Source: Candidatus Latescibacterota bacterium
GTDB taxonomy: Bacteria; Latescibacterota; UBA2968; UBA8231
NCBI GenBank assembly: GCA_965248355.1
Contig: OZ252098.1
Location: forward strand, 1,504,001-1,568,000
Length of the DNA: 64,000 bases
Direction: 5' to 3'
Shown one piece after another: positions 17,643 through 27,697 of the stretch. Under the pieces are notes generated by a model. The model saw only the letters and a program-made list of their open reading frames with translations. It was not told where the DNA came from and did no database searches. Position 1 is the stretch's first letter; the number at the start of each line of letters is the position of its first letter. The position numbers and the translations under genes are program-made.

Positions 17643-19193
17643 TCAGGGCTCCCGGCGCAGGAGGCTGACGCGGCCCCAACTCCGGTCGTCGCGCTCGGGG
17701 TGGTCCTCGTTGTAGTGGACTCCCCGGGTCTCGCGGCGCCGGCGCGCCGAGTGGGCAACCAGCCGCGCAACGGCCAGGCGGTTGCGCAGGTCCAGGGAGG
17801 CGGGATCGGTCGCGCCCTCCGGGGTCTCGCGGTCCATTTCGTCCAGGGCCTCGCAGGCCCGCCGCAGACCCGCGTCGGTGCGCGTGATGCCCACCTCCTC
17901 GAGCATGATGCGGCCCAGGCGGTCCACCGCGCAGGTGAGTCGGCCATCGCCTCCAGGGGGGACGCGGAAGGCCGGCAGGGGCGTGTTCGACAGGCACCTG
18001 TCCCCTTCCGCCGCCTGGACGGCGCGGCCTGCGAGGACCACCGCCTCCAACAGTGAATTGCTGGCCAACCTGTTGGCGCCGTGGAATCCCGTGTGTCCGA
18101 TCTCACCGATCGCATAGAGTCCCGGCAGGTCGGTGCGCCCGTCGATGTCGGTGTGCACGCCGCCGCACAGGTAGTGGGCGGCGGGGGCCACGGGGATGGG
18201 CTCGCGGGTGATGTCGATGCCCAGGCCGGCGCAGTAGCGGCTGATGTTGGGGAAGCGGCGGCGCGTCTCCTCCGGGTCCTTGCCGGTGGCGTCGAGGTAG
18301 ACGCAGTCCCGGCCGCTGCGCCGCATCTCGGCGACGATGGCGCGGGCCACCACGTCCCGGGTCGCCAGGGACCCGCCGGGAAGCTGCCGCTCCACGAAGG
18401 GATCGCCCTCGTGGTTGACGACCACGGCGCCGTACCCGCGCAGCGCCTCCGAGATCAGGAAGGTCCGTCCCTCGGGGTGGGCCAGGGCCGTGGGGTGGAA
18501 CTGGAAGAACTCCAGGTTGGCCACCGCGGCCCCGGCCCGGTACGCCATGGCGATGCCGTCCCCGGTGGCCACCGCCGGGTTGGTGGTGCAGGCGTAGATG
18601 CGGCCGGCGCCGCCCGTGGCCAGGACCGTGGCCGGCGCGGTGAAGGCTACGACCTCGCCCTCGGGGCGGTCCTGGGGGAGCGCCCAGACCCCGCGGCAGC
18701 GGCCCTGCCCGTCGACGATCAGATCGAGGGCGAGGTGTCCCGGAAAGGTGGTGACGCCCTCCTCGGCCTGCGCCGCCGCCAGCAGGGCCCGCACCAGCTC
18801 GCGGCCGGTCCAGTCGTCGGCGTGGGCCACCCGGTGGGCGGAGTGGCCGCCCTCGCGGCCGAGGCTGAGGCCGCCGTCCCCCGCCTTGGAGAACCGGACC
18901 CCCAGGTCGACGAGGTCCTCGACCCGGCCGGGCCCCTCCCGGACCACGGTCTCCACCACCTCGGGGTCGCACAGGCCGGCCCCGGCCTCCAGGGTGTCGC
19001 GGGCGTGGGTCTCGGGCGAGTCCCCCGGGCCGAGAGCGGCGGCGATGCCTCCCTGGGCCCAGCGCGTATTCGAGTCGTCCGCTTGCTTCTTGGTGACGAC
19101 GGCCACCCGCGCCCCGGACCGTGCCGCGAGGATGGCGAAGTAGAGGCCGGCGATGCCGCTGCCGACGACCAGGTAATCGGAGGAGACTCGCAT
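17643..19193 (-). CDS. nadB: L-aspartate oxidase
   Basis: VVGSGIAG, TRWAQGGIAA, REGGHS, QFHPT, LISEALRG, AAHYLCGG, HGANRLASNSLLEA, ETRGVHY. Confidence 0.96.
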   Translation of the reverse strand: MRVSSDYLVVGSGIAGLYFAILAARSGARVAVVTKKQADDSNTRWAQGGIAAALGPGDSPETHARDTLEAGAGLCDPEVVETVVREGPGRVEDLVDLGVRFSKAGDGGLSLGREGGHSAHRVAHADDWTGRELVRALLAAAQAEEGVTTFPGHLALDLIVDGQGRCRGVWALPQDRPEGEVVAFTAPATVLATGGAGRIYACTTNPAVATGDGIAMAYRAGAAVANLEFFQFHPTALAHPEGRTFLISEALRGYGAVVVNHEGDPFVERQLPGGSLATRDVVARAIVAEMRRSGRDCVYLDATGKDPEETRRRFPNISRYCAGLGIDITREPIPVAPAAHYLCGGVHTDIDGRTDLPGLYAIGEIGHTGFHGANRLASNSLLEAVVLAGRAVQAAEGDRCLSNTPLPAFRVPPGGDGRLTCAVDRLGRIMLEEVGITRTDAGLRRACEALDEMDRETPEGATDPASLDLRNRLAVARLVAHSARRRRETRGVHYNEDHPERDDRSWGRVSLLRREP

Positions 19194-19227
19194 GTCGGAT
19201 GGAAACTCCGTGAGCGCCGCCGGAGTG

Positions 19228-20817
19228 TCAACGCGGCTCGGCCAGCTCGATCTGCAGCCCCGCCTGCCTCCTCAGGGGCCGCACCTGGAGGCGGCCCCGC
19301 AGCCAGATCCGCAGCGGCCCGAGAGGCCCGTCGAGGCGGACCCCGGCCAGGGCGCAGACCCGCCAGCCGTCCCCGTAGAGGGGGCGGATGCTGACCGAGC
19401 CGGGCAGGTCGTGCTCGTACTCGTAGATGCGGGTGGCGTAGCCGCCGGTGCGGTAGCGGGTGGCCTGGATCGACCACTCCCGCCGGGGGGTGCGGCGGCG
19501 GCTCCCCAGACCCAGGGCCACCCCTCGCTCAGCGCCGCTGCGCACGCCCTCGAGGCGGGCCTCGAGCCGCAGGCTCCCCGGGGACCAGCGCCCCCGGACC
19601 CGGGCGCGCTCCGTGACCGGGAAGCTCTGCGCTCCACCGGACCAGTCGCTGCGCCGGCGCCGCTGCACGTCGGCGGTGACCTCGAGGTGCCGCACCGGCC
19701 GGCGCCTCCAGCTCAGGCCGAGACCGCTGCTGGCGCCGGGCACCGGCTCTGTCCAGCGGGCGGCGCGACGGCGCGTCTCGTCCAGCCACAGCCGCCAGCC
19801 GCGGCCCCGGATGCGCGCGGTCAGACCCCGGTGGCCGCTGCCGCCGCCGAGAACGGAGGCGCCGAAGGGACTGTAGAACCCGGCCGCCGAGTCGCGGGCG
19901 AGGACGTCGAAGCGGGCTCCGGCGGCGCGCACGCCGGTGATCCCCGCCACCCAGGCCGGGCGCCCGCCGGCGATGGCCGCCGAGAAGAACAGGCGCGCCC
20001 TTCCCAGACCGGCGAGGCCGTCGACGGCCGCGGCCGCCTGCGAGCGGCCGGCGAAGGCTTCGGGCACGCGGGCGGGGCGGCGCAGGTCCAGGGGCCGACT
20101 GAAGGCGAGGTGCTGCAAGGTGACCCCCATGCGGGCGCGCTCGCCGCCGGCGGTGGCGCGGGCGCCCAGGACCAGACCCGCAAGGCGGTCGCGCTGGTCG
20201 AGGCGGGTGCCGGTGTGAATTCCGTCCTCCGGCAGAGAGACGGCGACCCCGGTGGTGTCGAGGCGGGCGTCCCGGCGGAATCCCCCGGCCACGAGGCTGA
20301 AGCGGCCGGGGCGGCGGCGCCAGCGCAGGAAAAGCCCGCACAAGTCCCGGTTCTCGGCGGCGGAGCGGTAGCCCACGGCCTCGCCGTCGCGCCGGGGCGC
20401 GGGCACGGGCACCCCCATCGAGCGGCCCCGGCCGAAGAGCAGGCCCTGGCCGAAGGCCGGCCGCAGGCTCCCGAGGGCCACCTCCAGGCCGCCGCTGTCC
20501 GGCCGCCGGTGGGCATAGCCGACGGCGTGGTCGAACCAGCGCCGCTCCCCGGGGTCCCGTTCGCCCACGGCGGCCAGCTCCCAGGCGCCGATGCGGCCGG
20601 TGGCCCGCTGGTAGAGGCGGGCCTCTTCGAAGGAGAGGGCGTCGGTCCGCAGCCGCAGGCGGAGGGACCCCTCCACCACGGGCCGGGAGTCCGCCTGCGC
20701 CTGGGCGGCCGCCTGGTCTCCCTCCCCCGGCAGGGCCGGACCGGGATCGGCCGGGGCCGGGCAGGGAGCCAGGAGGCAACCGCACAGCAGGGCGGCGGCG
20801 GCGGGTCGCGGGAGCAT
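19228..20817 (-). CDS. Exported probable outer-membrane beta-barrel protein resembling the C-terminal part of FCB 'ComEA/HhH-domain' proteins
   Basis: Signal peptide; GERDPGE, LGSLRPAFGQGLLF, DGIHT, FYSPFG, RIYEYEHDLPGSVSIRPLYGDGWR; no HhH motif seen. Confidence 0.55.
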   Translation of the reverse strand: MLPRPAAAALLCGCLLAPCPAPADPGPALPGEGDQAAAQAQADSRPVVEGSLRLRLRTDALSFEEARLYQRATGRIGAWELAAVGERDPGERRWFDHAVGYAHRRPDSGGLEVALGSLRPAFGQGLLFGRGRSMGVPVPAPRRDGEAVGYRSAAENRDLCGLFLRWRRRPGRFSLVAGGFRRDARLDTTGVAVSLPEDGIHTGTRLDQRDRLAGLVLGARATAGGERARMGVTLQHLAFSRPLDLRRPARVPEAFAGRSQAAAAVDGLAGLGRARLFFSAAIAGGRPAWVAGITGVRAAGARFDVLARDSAAGFYSPFGASVLGGGSGHRGLTARIRGRGWRLWLDETRRRAARWTEPVPGASSGLGLSWRRRPVRHLEVTADVQRRRRSDWSGGAQSFPVTERARVRGRWSPGSLRLEARLEGVRSGAERGVALGLGSRRRTPRREWSIQATRYRTGGYATRIYEYEHDLPGSVSIRPLYGDGWRVCALAGVRLDGPLGPLRIWLRGRLQVRPLRRQAGLQIELAEPR

Positions 20818-20829
20818 GGGCAGCGGGGG

Positions 20830-20846
20830 TGCAAGCTCCGTGCCCG
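20830..20846 (-). promoter_or_regulatory. Sigma-54 (-24/-12) promoter
   Basis: Minus strand CGGGCACGGAGCTTGCA vs consensus TGGCACG-N4-TTGCW, about 12 nt before the ATG at 20817. Confidence 0.6.
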
Positions 20847-21197
20847 GCCGGCGTCCCCAGTCCTGGAGGCGGCAGTGCCCTCATCAGTGACGGTCGTGCC
20901 CTGGCTCACATCGGCGGGATCGGCGGAGAGCAAGACTGACGGCGCCCCCCGGGGCCAGCGGCCGATGGCGTGGTCCACCGGTGACGCCTCCGGAAGCTCC
21001 GGCTCACACCCGGTCCGGGGTGTCACGGCCCCGTTCCTCGGCAACGATCTGCGGGCGCGTCCCGGCTCACACCTCGGGCTCCGCCAAGCCCGCGAGTGGC
21101 ATGCAGAACGGAGGGTCGGGCTTTCCGCACGAGCGGGGCGGGCACTAACGTGTTGACGGCGCCCCCCCGAAGTTCAACCAACGACAGGAGAGATTCG

Positions 21198-21569
21198 ATG
21201 GTACGCAAGATCCACAAGATCGCCGTCATCACCGACGACGTCGAAGGAGCGGTGGAATTCTACACGCAGAAGCTGGGACTCACCGTGGTGGAGCGCTTTG
21301 CCACCGAGGACGACGAGGACTACGTCTTCCTCGACGCCGGCGGGATCCTGCTGGAGCTCATGCCGCAGAAGACCATGGGGCTGGCCCCCGGCTTCCATCA
21401 CATCTCCTTCGACGTGGAGAGCGTGGAGGAGAGCGCGCAGGCATTGAAAGAGAAGGGGGTGACCATCACCAAGGAGCCCTTCGACGTGGGCGGGGGCACC
21501 GGCATCACCCTGGGCTTCTTCGAGGGGCCGAACCAGCTGAACCTGCAGCTCTTCCACCGGGAGAAGTGA
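21198..21569 (+). CDS. VOC/glyoxalase family protein
   Basis: IHKIAVITDDVEGAVEFYTQKLGL, LELM, FHHISFDV; AGGAG RBS. Confidence 0.88.
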   Translation: MVRKIHKIAVITDDVEGAVEFYTQKLGLTVVERFATEDDEDYVFLDAGGILLELMPQKTMGLAPGFHHISFDVESVEESAQALKEKGVTITKEPFDVGGGTGITLGFFEGPNQLNLQLFHREK

Positions 21570-21576
21570 GGCCGTC

Positions 21577-22395
21577 ATGCGCGTGGCCAGAGCCGATCGT
21601 GCGAGCATGCAGGAGCTGGGCGACGTCCACGGCGGCGCCGGCCCCATCCTCTTCGGCAGACTGTGGGAGCGCGACGACTTCGAGACCCCCTTCGCCTTCG
21701 TCCACAGCGCGGTCCTGCTGCCCGGCGGCGGCATCGGCCTGCACCGCCACGACGACAGCGAGGAGATCTTCATCGCCGTCGACAACGCCTCCCAGTTCAC
21801 CCACAACGGGCGCACGGCCGTGGTCGAGGGCGGCGCCGCCGTGCCCCTGCGCTCGGGCGAGACCCACGCCATCTACAACCACACCGGCCGCGAGACGCGC
21901 TGGTTCAACGTCCATTGCGTGGTGCCCGGGGGCGATCCCAAATCGACCGATCTGGGCGACGACCGGGCCGGCGCCGATCTGGAATCCACCGACCGGCTGC
22001 CGGTAGGGAGGCTGGACCGCGCGGCGCTGAAGTACGGCCGGTCCCACGGCGGCAAGGGCGCCGTCGGCGCCCGGTTCATCTGGGGGCCGGAGGACTTCCG
22101 CAGCAACTTTCACTTCCTCGCCCACTGTCTGATGCCGCCGGACACCTCCCTCGGCTACCACCGCCACGAAGGCGTCGAGGAGGTCTATATCATCATCGAG
22201 GGCCGCGGGCGGATGACGGTGGACGACGAGACCCGGGAGGTCGCGCAGTGGGACGCGATACCCAGCCGGCTCGGGGGTCGCCACGGCCTCTACAACCACA
22301 CCCGGGAGAGCCTGGAGCTGCTGGTGGTCGCCGTCTGCGCCGAGAAGGGCCGGTTCGACTCGACGGACCTCGGCGACGATCTCAGCCAACGCTGA
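21577..22395 (+). CDS. Bicupin (two cupin domains)
   Basis: Internal duplication: HGGAG...GLHRH...EEIF...HAIYN and HGGKG...GYHRH...EEVY...HGLYN, each ending STDLGDD. Confidence 0.85.
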   Translation: MRVARADRASMQELGDVHGGAGPILFGRLWERDDFETPFAFVHSAVLLPGGGIGLHRHDDSEEIFIAVDNASQFTHNGRTAVVEGGAAVPLRSGETHAIYNHTGRETRWFNVHCVVPGGDPKSTDLGDDRAGADLESTDRLPVGRLDRAALKYGRSHGGKGAVGARFIWGPEDFRSNFHFLAHCLMPPDTSLGYHRHEGVEEVYIIIEGRGRMTVDDETREVAQWDAIPSRLGGRHGLYNHTRESLELLVVAVCAEKGRFDSTDLGDDLSQR

Positions 22396-22477
22396 CGCCG
22401 GCGGCGGGGGGGGCCTATCTTTCGCCGCCCCGAAGCGCCGTTCCGGGCGCCCCCATCGTCCACAGGGAGAGCATCGA

Positions 22478-23305
22478 ATGAAGTTCGGCACGTGCAACGA
22501 GTACTTCGAGGGTTGGCCGCTCGAAGAGGTCTTCGACTACGCGGCCGAGGTGGGATACGACGGCGTGGAGATCGCCCCCTTCACCCTCGCCGACTCGGTG
22601 GACGACATCCCGGACCGCCGCCGCCGCGAGATCCGCGCCGCCGCCCTGAGCGCCGGCGTCGAGATCGTCGGCCTCCACTGGCTGCTGATCCGCCCCGAGG
22701 GGTTGTACACCAACCACCTGGACGACGCCATCCGCAACCGCACCCGCGACTACTTCCAGTCCCTCATCCGCTTCTGCGGCGACCTCGGCGGCGAGGTCAT
22801 GATCATCGGCTCGCCGAAGCAGCGCAACGTCCAGGAGGGTTGGGACTTCGGCCAGACCTGGGAGCGCACGAAGTCCGTCTTCGAGGACTGCCTGCCCCTG
22901 GCCGAGGAGCAGGGGGTCTACCTGTGCATCGAGCCTCTCAGTCCCGAGCTGACCAACTTCATCACCACCGCCGAGGAGGCGCGGCGCATGGTGACCGAGA
23001 TCGGCCACCCGAACTTCCAGACGATGGTGGACGTCTGCTCCGGCTCGACGGAGTCGATCCCGGTGGCCCGGCAGGTGCGCGAGTCCGGCGAGCACCTCTA
23101 CCACGTGCACGTCAACGACGCCAACAAGCGCGGCCCCGGCTTCGGAGAGACCGACTTCGCCTCCGTCCTCACGGCCCTCGAGGAGACCGGCTACCAGCGC
23201 TACGTGTCGGTGGAGGTCTTCGACTTCGCGCCCGACCCGAGAACGATCGCGGCGGGCAGCCTCAAGTACCTGAAGGGGATCCTGGACGCTTCCGTCAGAG
23301 CCTAG
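22478..23305 (+). CDS. Sugar phosphate isomerase/epimerase (xylose isomerase-like TIM barrel)
   Basis: GYDGVEIAPF, GSPKQR, IEPL, HVHVND...GPGFG, VSVEVF. Confidence 0.9.
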   Translation: MKFGTCNEYFEGWPLEEVFDYAAEVGYDGVEIAPFTLADSVDDIPDRRRREIRAAALSAGVEIVGLHWLLIRPEGLYTNHLDDAIRNRTRDYFQSLIRFCGDLGGEVMIIGSPKQRNVQEGWDFGQTWERTKSVFEDCLPLAEEQGVYLCIEPLSPELTNFITTAEEARRMVTEIGHPNFQTMVDVCSGSTESIPVARQVRESGEHLYHVHVNDANKRGPGFGETDFASVLTALEETGYQRYVSVEVFDFAPDPRTIAAGSLKYLKGILDASVRA

Positions 23306-23861
23306 GGTCCAGGCCCTCGCCGGCGCCCTCGAAGGGCCGTCCCAAGGCCTGGAGGCGGGCGTAGTCCTCGTTGAGGGCGGCCGACATCTCCTCCCCCAGC
23401 CGCAGCAGGATCCGGCATCCCAGGCCGGGGTCGGTGGCGACGATGTCCATCAGGTCGGGGCGGAAGAATCCGGCCAGCTCGCTCCTCTCGGCGGCGATGA
23501 CGGAGGTGCCGCGCGGGCCGTCGTCGAGCAGGGCGAACCGGCCGAGGATCTCGGGGGGGCCGAGGGTGCCGGTGACCTCCCGGCCCCCGGGGCCTTCGCG
23601 AACGACGTGGACGGAGCCGCTGCGGATCAGGTAGAACCCCGACTGCGGGGCCCCCCGGCGGATCACCACCTGGCCGCGGGCAAAGGTGCGCAGGTGGACC
23701 TGCCGGGCCAGCGTGGCCAGGGCCTCGGCGTCCAGCCCGCTGAAGGCCGGAACCCGCGCCAGGGCCTCCTCGAGGGTCTCGGAGCGGCCTTCGCCGGGGG
23801 AGAAGTAGTTCTCCCACTCGGGGTCGGTGAGAGCGTCGCGGGTGGAGGCGGGAGGGCTCAT
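23295..23861 (-). CDS. Cyclic nucleotide-binding domain protein
   Basis: VPAFSGL, FYLIRSGSV, LGRFALLDDGPRGTSV (cNMP fold; the conserved GE is GR). Confidence 0.8.
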   Translation of the reverse strand: MSPPASTRDALTDPEWENYFSPGEGRSETLEEALARVPAFSGLDAEALATLARQVHLRTFARGQVVIRRGAPQSGFYLIRSGSVHVVREGPGGREVTGTLGPPEILGRFALLDDGPRGTSVIAAERSELAGFFRPDLMDIVATDPGLGCRILLRLGEEMSAALNEDYARLQALGRPFEGAGEGLDPRL

Positions 23862-23973
23862 CTTCCGCTAAGATAGCCCCGCCCCGAGGGACGGGCGAGC
23901 GGTTGCCGCCGCGCCGGCGATGGCCCTGGTTGTCCCCGGATTCCCATTCAGCCTCCCGCGAAAGGAGAGCACC

Positions 23974-24351
23974 GTGCCCCGATACACCTTCAACCACATT
24001 CACCACGAGGCCGAGGACGTGGCCGCGGCCGTCGACTTCTACCAGCGCGTCTTCGACGCCACCGCCGGTGAGCCCTTCGAGCGCGCCGGCGCCACCTGGG
24101 TCGAGGTTCGCGTCGGCGAGACCCAGATCACGGTCACCGACCGGGAGTTCGCCGGGATGGAGCTGGGGCGCTACCAGGGCGTCGATCACTTCGCCTTCAC
24201 CACCGACGACTTCGACGCCACCCTCGCCCACTGCGAAAAGGAGGGCGTCCACATCTGGTTCGGTCCCCTCAACGTCCCCGGAACGAGCCAGCGCATCGTC
24301 TTCATCGACGGACCCGACCATGTCAAGATCGAGCTGATGGAGAAGGTGTGA
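23974..24351 (+). CDS. VOC/glyoxalase family protein
   Basis: FNHIH...AAVDFYQRVF, VDHFAF, FIDGPDHVKIELME; GTG after AAGGAG. Confidence 0.88.
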   Translation: MPRYTFNHIHHEAEDVAAAVDFYQRVFDATAGEPFERAGATWVEVRVGETQITVTDREFAGMELGRYQGVDHFAFTTDDFDATLAHCEKEGVHIWFGPLNVPGTSQRIVFIDGPDHVKIELMEKV

Positions 24352-26261
24352 GCCGCGAGTCCCGGCCCTGCGGGCTGTGGGAGAGCCCCCTGTCGGTGGA
24401 GGACGCCGGCGGCGGCGTGGGGCTGGGCTCGCCCGCCTTCGACAGCGACGGCCGCACCCTGGCGTGGCTCGAGCGGCGCGGCGCCGAATCGGTGATCCTC
24501 TGCCGCCGCCGGGGGGAGGCCGCCGCCCGGGAGCTGACCCGGGGCCACACGGTGCGAGCGCGGGTGTTCTACGGCGGCGGCGAGTTCGCCCTGGGCCGCG
24601 GCCGGGTGATCTTCGTCGAGGACGGGGACCACCTGAGCGCCGTCCCCCTCGGCGGGGGCGGCGTGCGCCGGCTGACCCCCTGCTTCGGCCAGCCGGCGGA
24701 CCCCACGCCCTCCCCCGACGGCCGCTGGATCGTGTACGTGCACGGCGACGGGGCCGACGACCGCCTCGCCGTGGTCGACGCCGCCGGCCGCAACTGGCCC
24801 CAGTCCCTGGTGGACGGGGCCGACTTCTACATGCAGCCGGCCTGGCATCCCCGCGGGCGGCAACTGGCCTGGGTGGAGTACGACCTGCCCGGCATGCCCT
24901 GGGACTCGAGCCGCCTCGTCCTCGGGCGGCTGCGCTTCCCGGCGGGAGCGGCGCCGGTCCTGGCTGACCGCCGTCAACTCGCCGGCGGCGACGGCCGGGC
25001 GGTCTGCCAGCCCGAGTTCTCCCCCGACGGCCGCTGGCTCGCCTGGGCCAGCGACGAGGCCGGCTTCAGCCAGCTGTGGCTCCACGACCTGGCCTCCGGC
25101 GAGGCCGCCTGCCTGACGCCGGACGAGGCCGGCGACGTGGCTCTGCCGGCCTGGGTGCAGGGGGTGCGCGTCCTCGCCTTCTCCGGCGACGGCCGCCGCC
25201 TCTACTTCACGCGCTCCCATCTCGGCCGGCGGCGCCTGTTCGTCTGCGATCCGCCCGACGGACCGCCGCGCCTCTTCGAGCCCCTGGCCGACTGCGACAG
25301 CGTCACCCACCTGGCGGCCTCGCCCCGGGGCGACGAGATCGCCGTGGTGGCCTCCTCTCCGCACCAGCCGGAGCGCATCTGCAGCGTTCGCCGGCGCGGA
25401 TCGGTACGGAAGGTCACCGTTCAGGCGCGGACCTCCCCGGAGCGTCTTGAGGCGGCCGACCTGTCCACCCCGCGGGCGGTGCGCTGGACGGCCGCGGACG
25501 GCGCCGAGGTCCACGGCCTCTACTACCCGCCGGCGAGCCGGTGCTTTCACGGGCCCGACCGGCCGCCGCTGATCGTCGACGTCCACGGCGGACCGACCAG
25601 TCAGGCGGACTTCGGCCACGACCCCGAGGTCCAGTACTACGCCACGAGGGGCTGGGCGGTGCTGCTCCTCAACCACCGCGGCAGCACCGGGTACGGCCGC
25701 GCCTACATGGCCGCCCTGGGCGGCCACTGGGGCGTCCTCGACGTGGAGGAGGCCGTCGGCGGCGCAAGATACCTGGCCGACGAAGGGCTGGCCGATGCCC
25801 GGCGCCTCGCCATCTCAGGGGGCAGCGCCGGGGGCTACACCGTCCTGCGCGCCCTCACCCTCCACCCCGGCTTCTTCCGCGTCGGCGTCTGCCGCTACGG
25901 CATCTCCGACCTCCTGGCCCTGACGGAGGAGACCCACAAGTTCGAGTCCCGCTACACCGATTTCCTCCTCGGCCCCCTGCCGGAAGCCGCGGGCCTCTAC
26001 CGCGAGCGCTCCCCCCTGTTCGCCGCCGAGGCCCTTCGCGACCCCGTGATCCTGTTCCAGGGCGACGAGGACCGGGTCGTGCCCCGGACCCAGTCCGACG
26101 CCATCGTCGAGTCCCTGCGCCGGCGCCGCGTGCCCCACGAGTACCACGTCTACGCGGGCGAGGGCCACGGCTTCCGCCGGCCGGAGAACCGCCGACACTG
26201 CCTGCGGGCCACCGAGGCCTTCCTGCGGCGCCACGTGCTCTATTGCGGAGACGGACCGTGA
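24348..26261 (+). CDS. S9 family prolyl oligopeptidase / dipeptidyl aminopeptidase-like protein
   Basis: N-terminal propeller (SPDGRW repeats), VHGGPT, RGSTGYG, GGSAGG nucleophile, [13 protein letters not shown]. Confidence 0.93.
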   Translation: MSRESRPCGLWESPLSVEDAGGGVGLGSPAFDSDGRTLAWLERRGAESVILCRRRGEAAARELTRGHTVRARVFYGGGEFALGRGRVIFVEDGDHLSAVPLGGGGVRRLTPCFGQPADPTPSPDGRWIVYVHGDGADDRLAVVDAAGRNWPQSLVDGADFYMQPAWHPRGRQLAWVEYDLPGMPWDSSRLVLGRLRFPAGAAPVLADRRQLAGGDGRAVCQPEFSPDGRWLAWASDEAGFSQLWLHDLASGEAACLTPDEAGDVALPAWVQGVRVLAFSGDGRRLYFTRSHLGRRRLFVCDPPDGPPRLFEPLADCDSVTHLAASPRGDEIAVVASSPHQPERICSVRRRGSVRKVTVQARTSPERLEAADLSTPRAVRWTAADGAEVHGLYYPPASRCFHGPDRPPLIVDVHGGPTSQADFGHDPEVQYYATRGWAVLLLNHRGSTGYGRAYMAALGGHWGVLDVEEAVGGARYLADEGLADARRLAISGGSAGGYTVLRALTLHPGFFRVGVCRYGISDLLALTEETHKFESRYTDFLLGPLPEAAGLYRERSPLFAAEALRDPVILFQGDEDRVVPRTQSDAIVESLRRRRVPHEYHVYAGEGHGFRRPENRRHCLRATEAFLRRHVLYCGDGP

Positions 26262-27682
26262 GCTACGAGACGATCATCGGCATGGAGGTCCACGTGGAGC
26301 TGGGCACGGCGTCGAAGATGTTCTGCTCCTGCCCGGCCGATCACTTCCAGGTGGCCCCCAACCGGCACGTCTGCCCCGTGTGCAGCGCCCAGCCGGGCGC
26401 CCTGCCGGTGATCAACGGCCGCGCCGTGGAGCTCACGGTGATGACCGGCCTGGCCCTGAACGGCCGGATCCGCCCGCGCTCCGTCTTCGCCCGCAAGAAC
26501 TACACCTACCCCGACCTGCCGAAGGGCTACCAGATCTCCCAGTACGAGCGCCCCCTGTGCGAGGACGGGTGGGTCGACGTCGCCGCCGAAGGCGAGGTCC
26601 GGCGCGTGGCCATCCACCGCGTCCACCTGGAGGAGGACACGGGCAAGCTCGTCCACCAGGGCGGGGCCAGCCACGTCGACCTCAACCGCGCCGGCGTGCC
26701 CCTCATGGAGATCGTCAGCGACGCCTCGATCCGCTCCGCCGACGAGGCCGGCGCCTACGTGCAGAAGATCCGCCAGATCGTCCGCTACCTGGGCGCCTCC
26801 ACCGGCGACATGGAGAAGGGCGCCCTGCGCTGCGAGGCCAACATCTCGGTGCGGCCCCGGGGCTCGCAGGTCCTCGGCACCAAGGTGGAGGTGAAGAACC
26901 TGAACAGCTTCCGCTCGGTGCGGAACGCCATCGACTACGAGGTCGAGCGGCAGATCGAGGTGCTGCGGACGGGCGGCCAGGTGCGCCAGGTGACCATGGG
27001 GTGGGACGAGTCGGCCGAGGTGACGCGGGAGCAGCGCTCCAAGGAAGAGGCCGACGACTACCGCTACTTCCCGGAGCCCGACCTGCTCGAGGTCGACCTG
27101 GCCGAGGCCTGGATCGACGAGGTCCGGGGGAGCCTGCCGGAGCTGCCCGACGCCAAGGCGGCCGCCTTCGCCGGTCTCGGCCTGGGCCCCCGCGAGGCGG
27201 CGCAGCTGGCCGAGGACGGCGCCGTGGCCGCCTACTTCGAGGAGGTCGTCGCCGCCGGCGCCGAGGCCCGGAGCGCCGCCAACTGGGTCACGGGCGAGAT
27301 CTTCCGCCTTCTCAACGAGGGCGGCGGCGACATCGGCGCGCTCAAGGTGAGGCCGCAACAACTGGCCGAGCTGATCGCCCTGACCGCGGCCGGCACGGTG
27401 AGCGGCCCCGCCGCCCGGGAGGTCTTCGGCGCCATGGCCGAGAGCGGCGGCTCGCCGGCGCGGATCGTCGAGGAACGGGGCCTGCAGCAGGTCTCCGACT
27501 CGGGCGAGCTGGAATCCCGCGTCGACGCCGTGATCGCCGGGCAGCCCGACGCCGCCGACAAGGTGCGGGCGGGCGACCCGAAGCCGATCGGCTTCCTCGT
27601 GGGCCAGGTGATGCGCGCCACCCGGGGCCGCGCCAACCCGCAGCGGGTGCAGGAACTCCTGCGCGAGCGCCTGCGGTCCTGA
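26258..27682 (+). CDS. gatB: Asp/Glu-tRNA amidotransferase subunit B
   Basis: [79 protein letters not shown]. Confidence 0.97.
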   Translation: MSYETIIGMEVHVELGTASKMFCSCPADHFQVAPNRHVCPVCSAQPGALPVINGRAVELTVMTGLALNGRIRPRSVFARKNYTYPDLPKGYQISQYERPLCEDGWVDVAAEGEVRRVAIHRVHLEEDTGKLVHQGGASHVDLNRAGVPLMEIVSDASIRSADEAGAYVQKIRQIVRYLGASTGDMEKGALRCEANISVRPRGSQVLGTKVEVKNLNSFRSVRNAIDYEVERQIEVLRTGGQVRQVTMGWDESAEVTREQRSKEEADDYRYFPEPDLLEVDLAEAWIDEVRGSLPELPDAKAAAFAGLGLGPREAAQLAEDGAVAAYFEEVVAAGAEARSAANWVTGEIFRLLNEGGGDIGALKVRPQQLAELIALTAAGTVSGPAAREVFGAMAESGGSPARIVEERGLQQVSDSGELESRVDAVIAGQPDAADKVRAGDPKPIGFLVGQVMRATRGRANPQRVQELLRERLRS

Positions 27683-27697
27683 GCCCCGGCCCCCCCC

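Noticed and set aside
20850..21120. Cobalamin riboswitch or other ncRNA in the long intergenic region
   Set aside because: Only weak fragments (GCCACT, GAGCCAG) without the conserved GGGAA core in proper order; no SRP, RNase P or tmRNA hallmarks.
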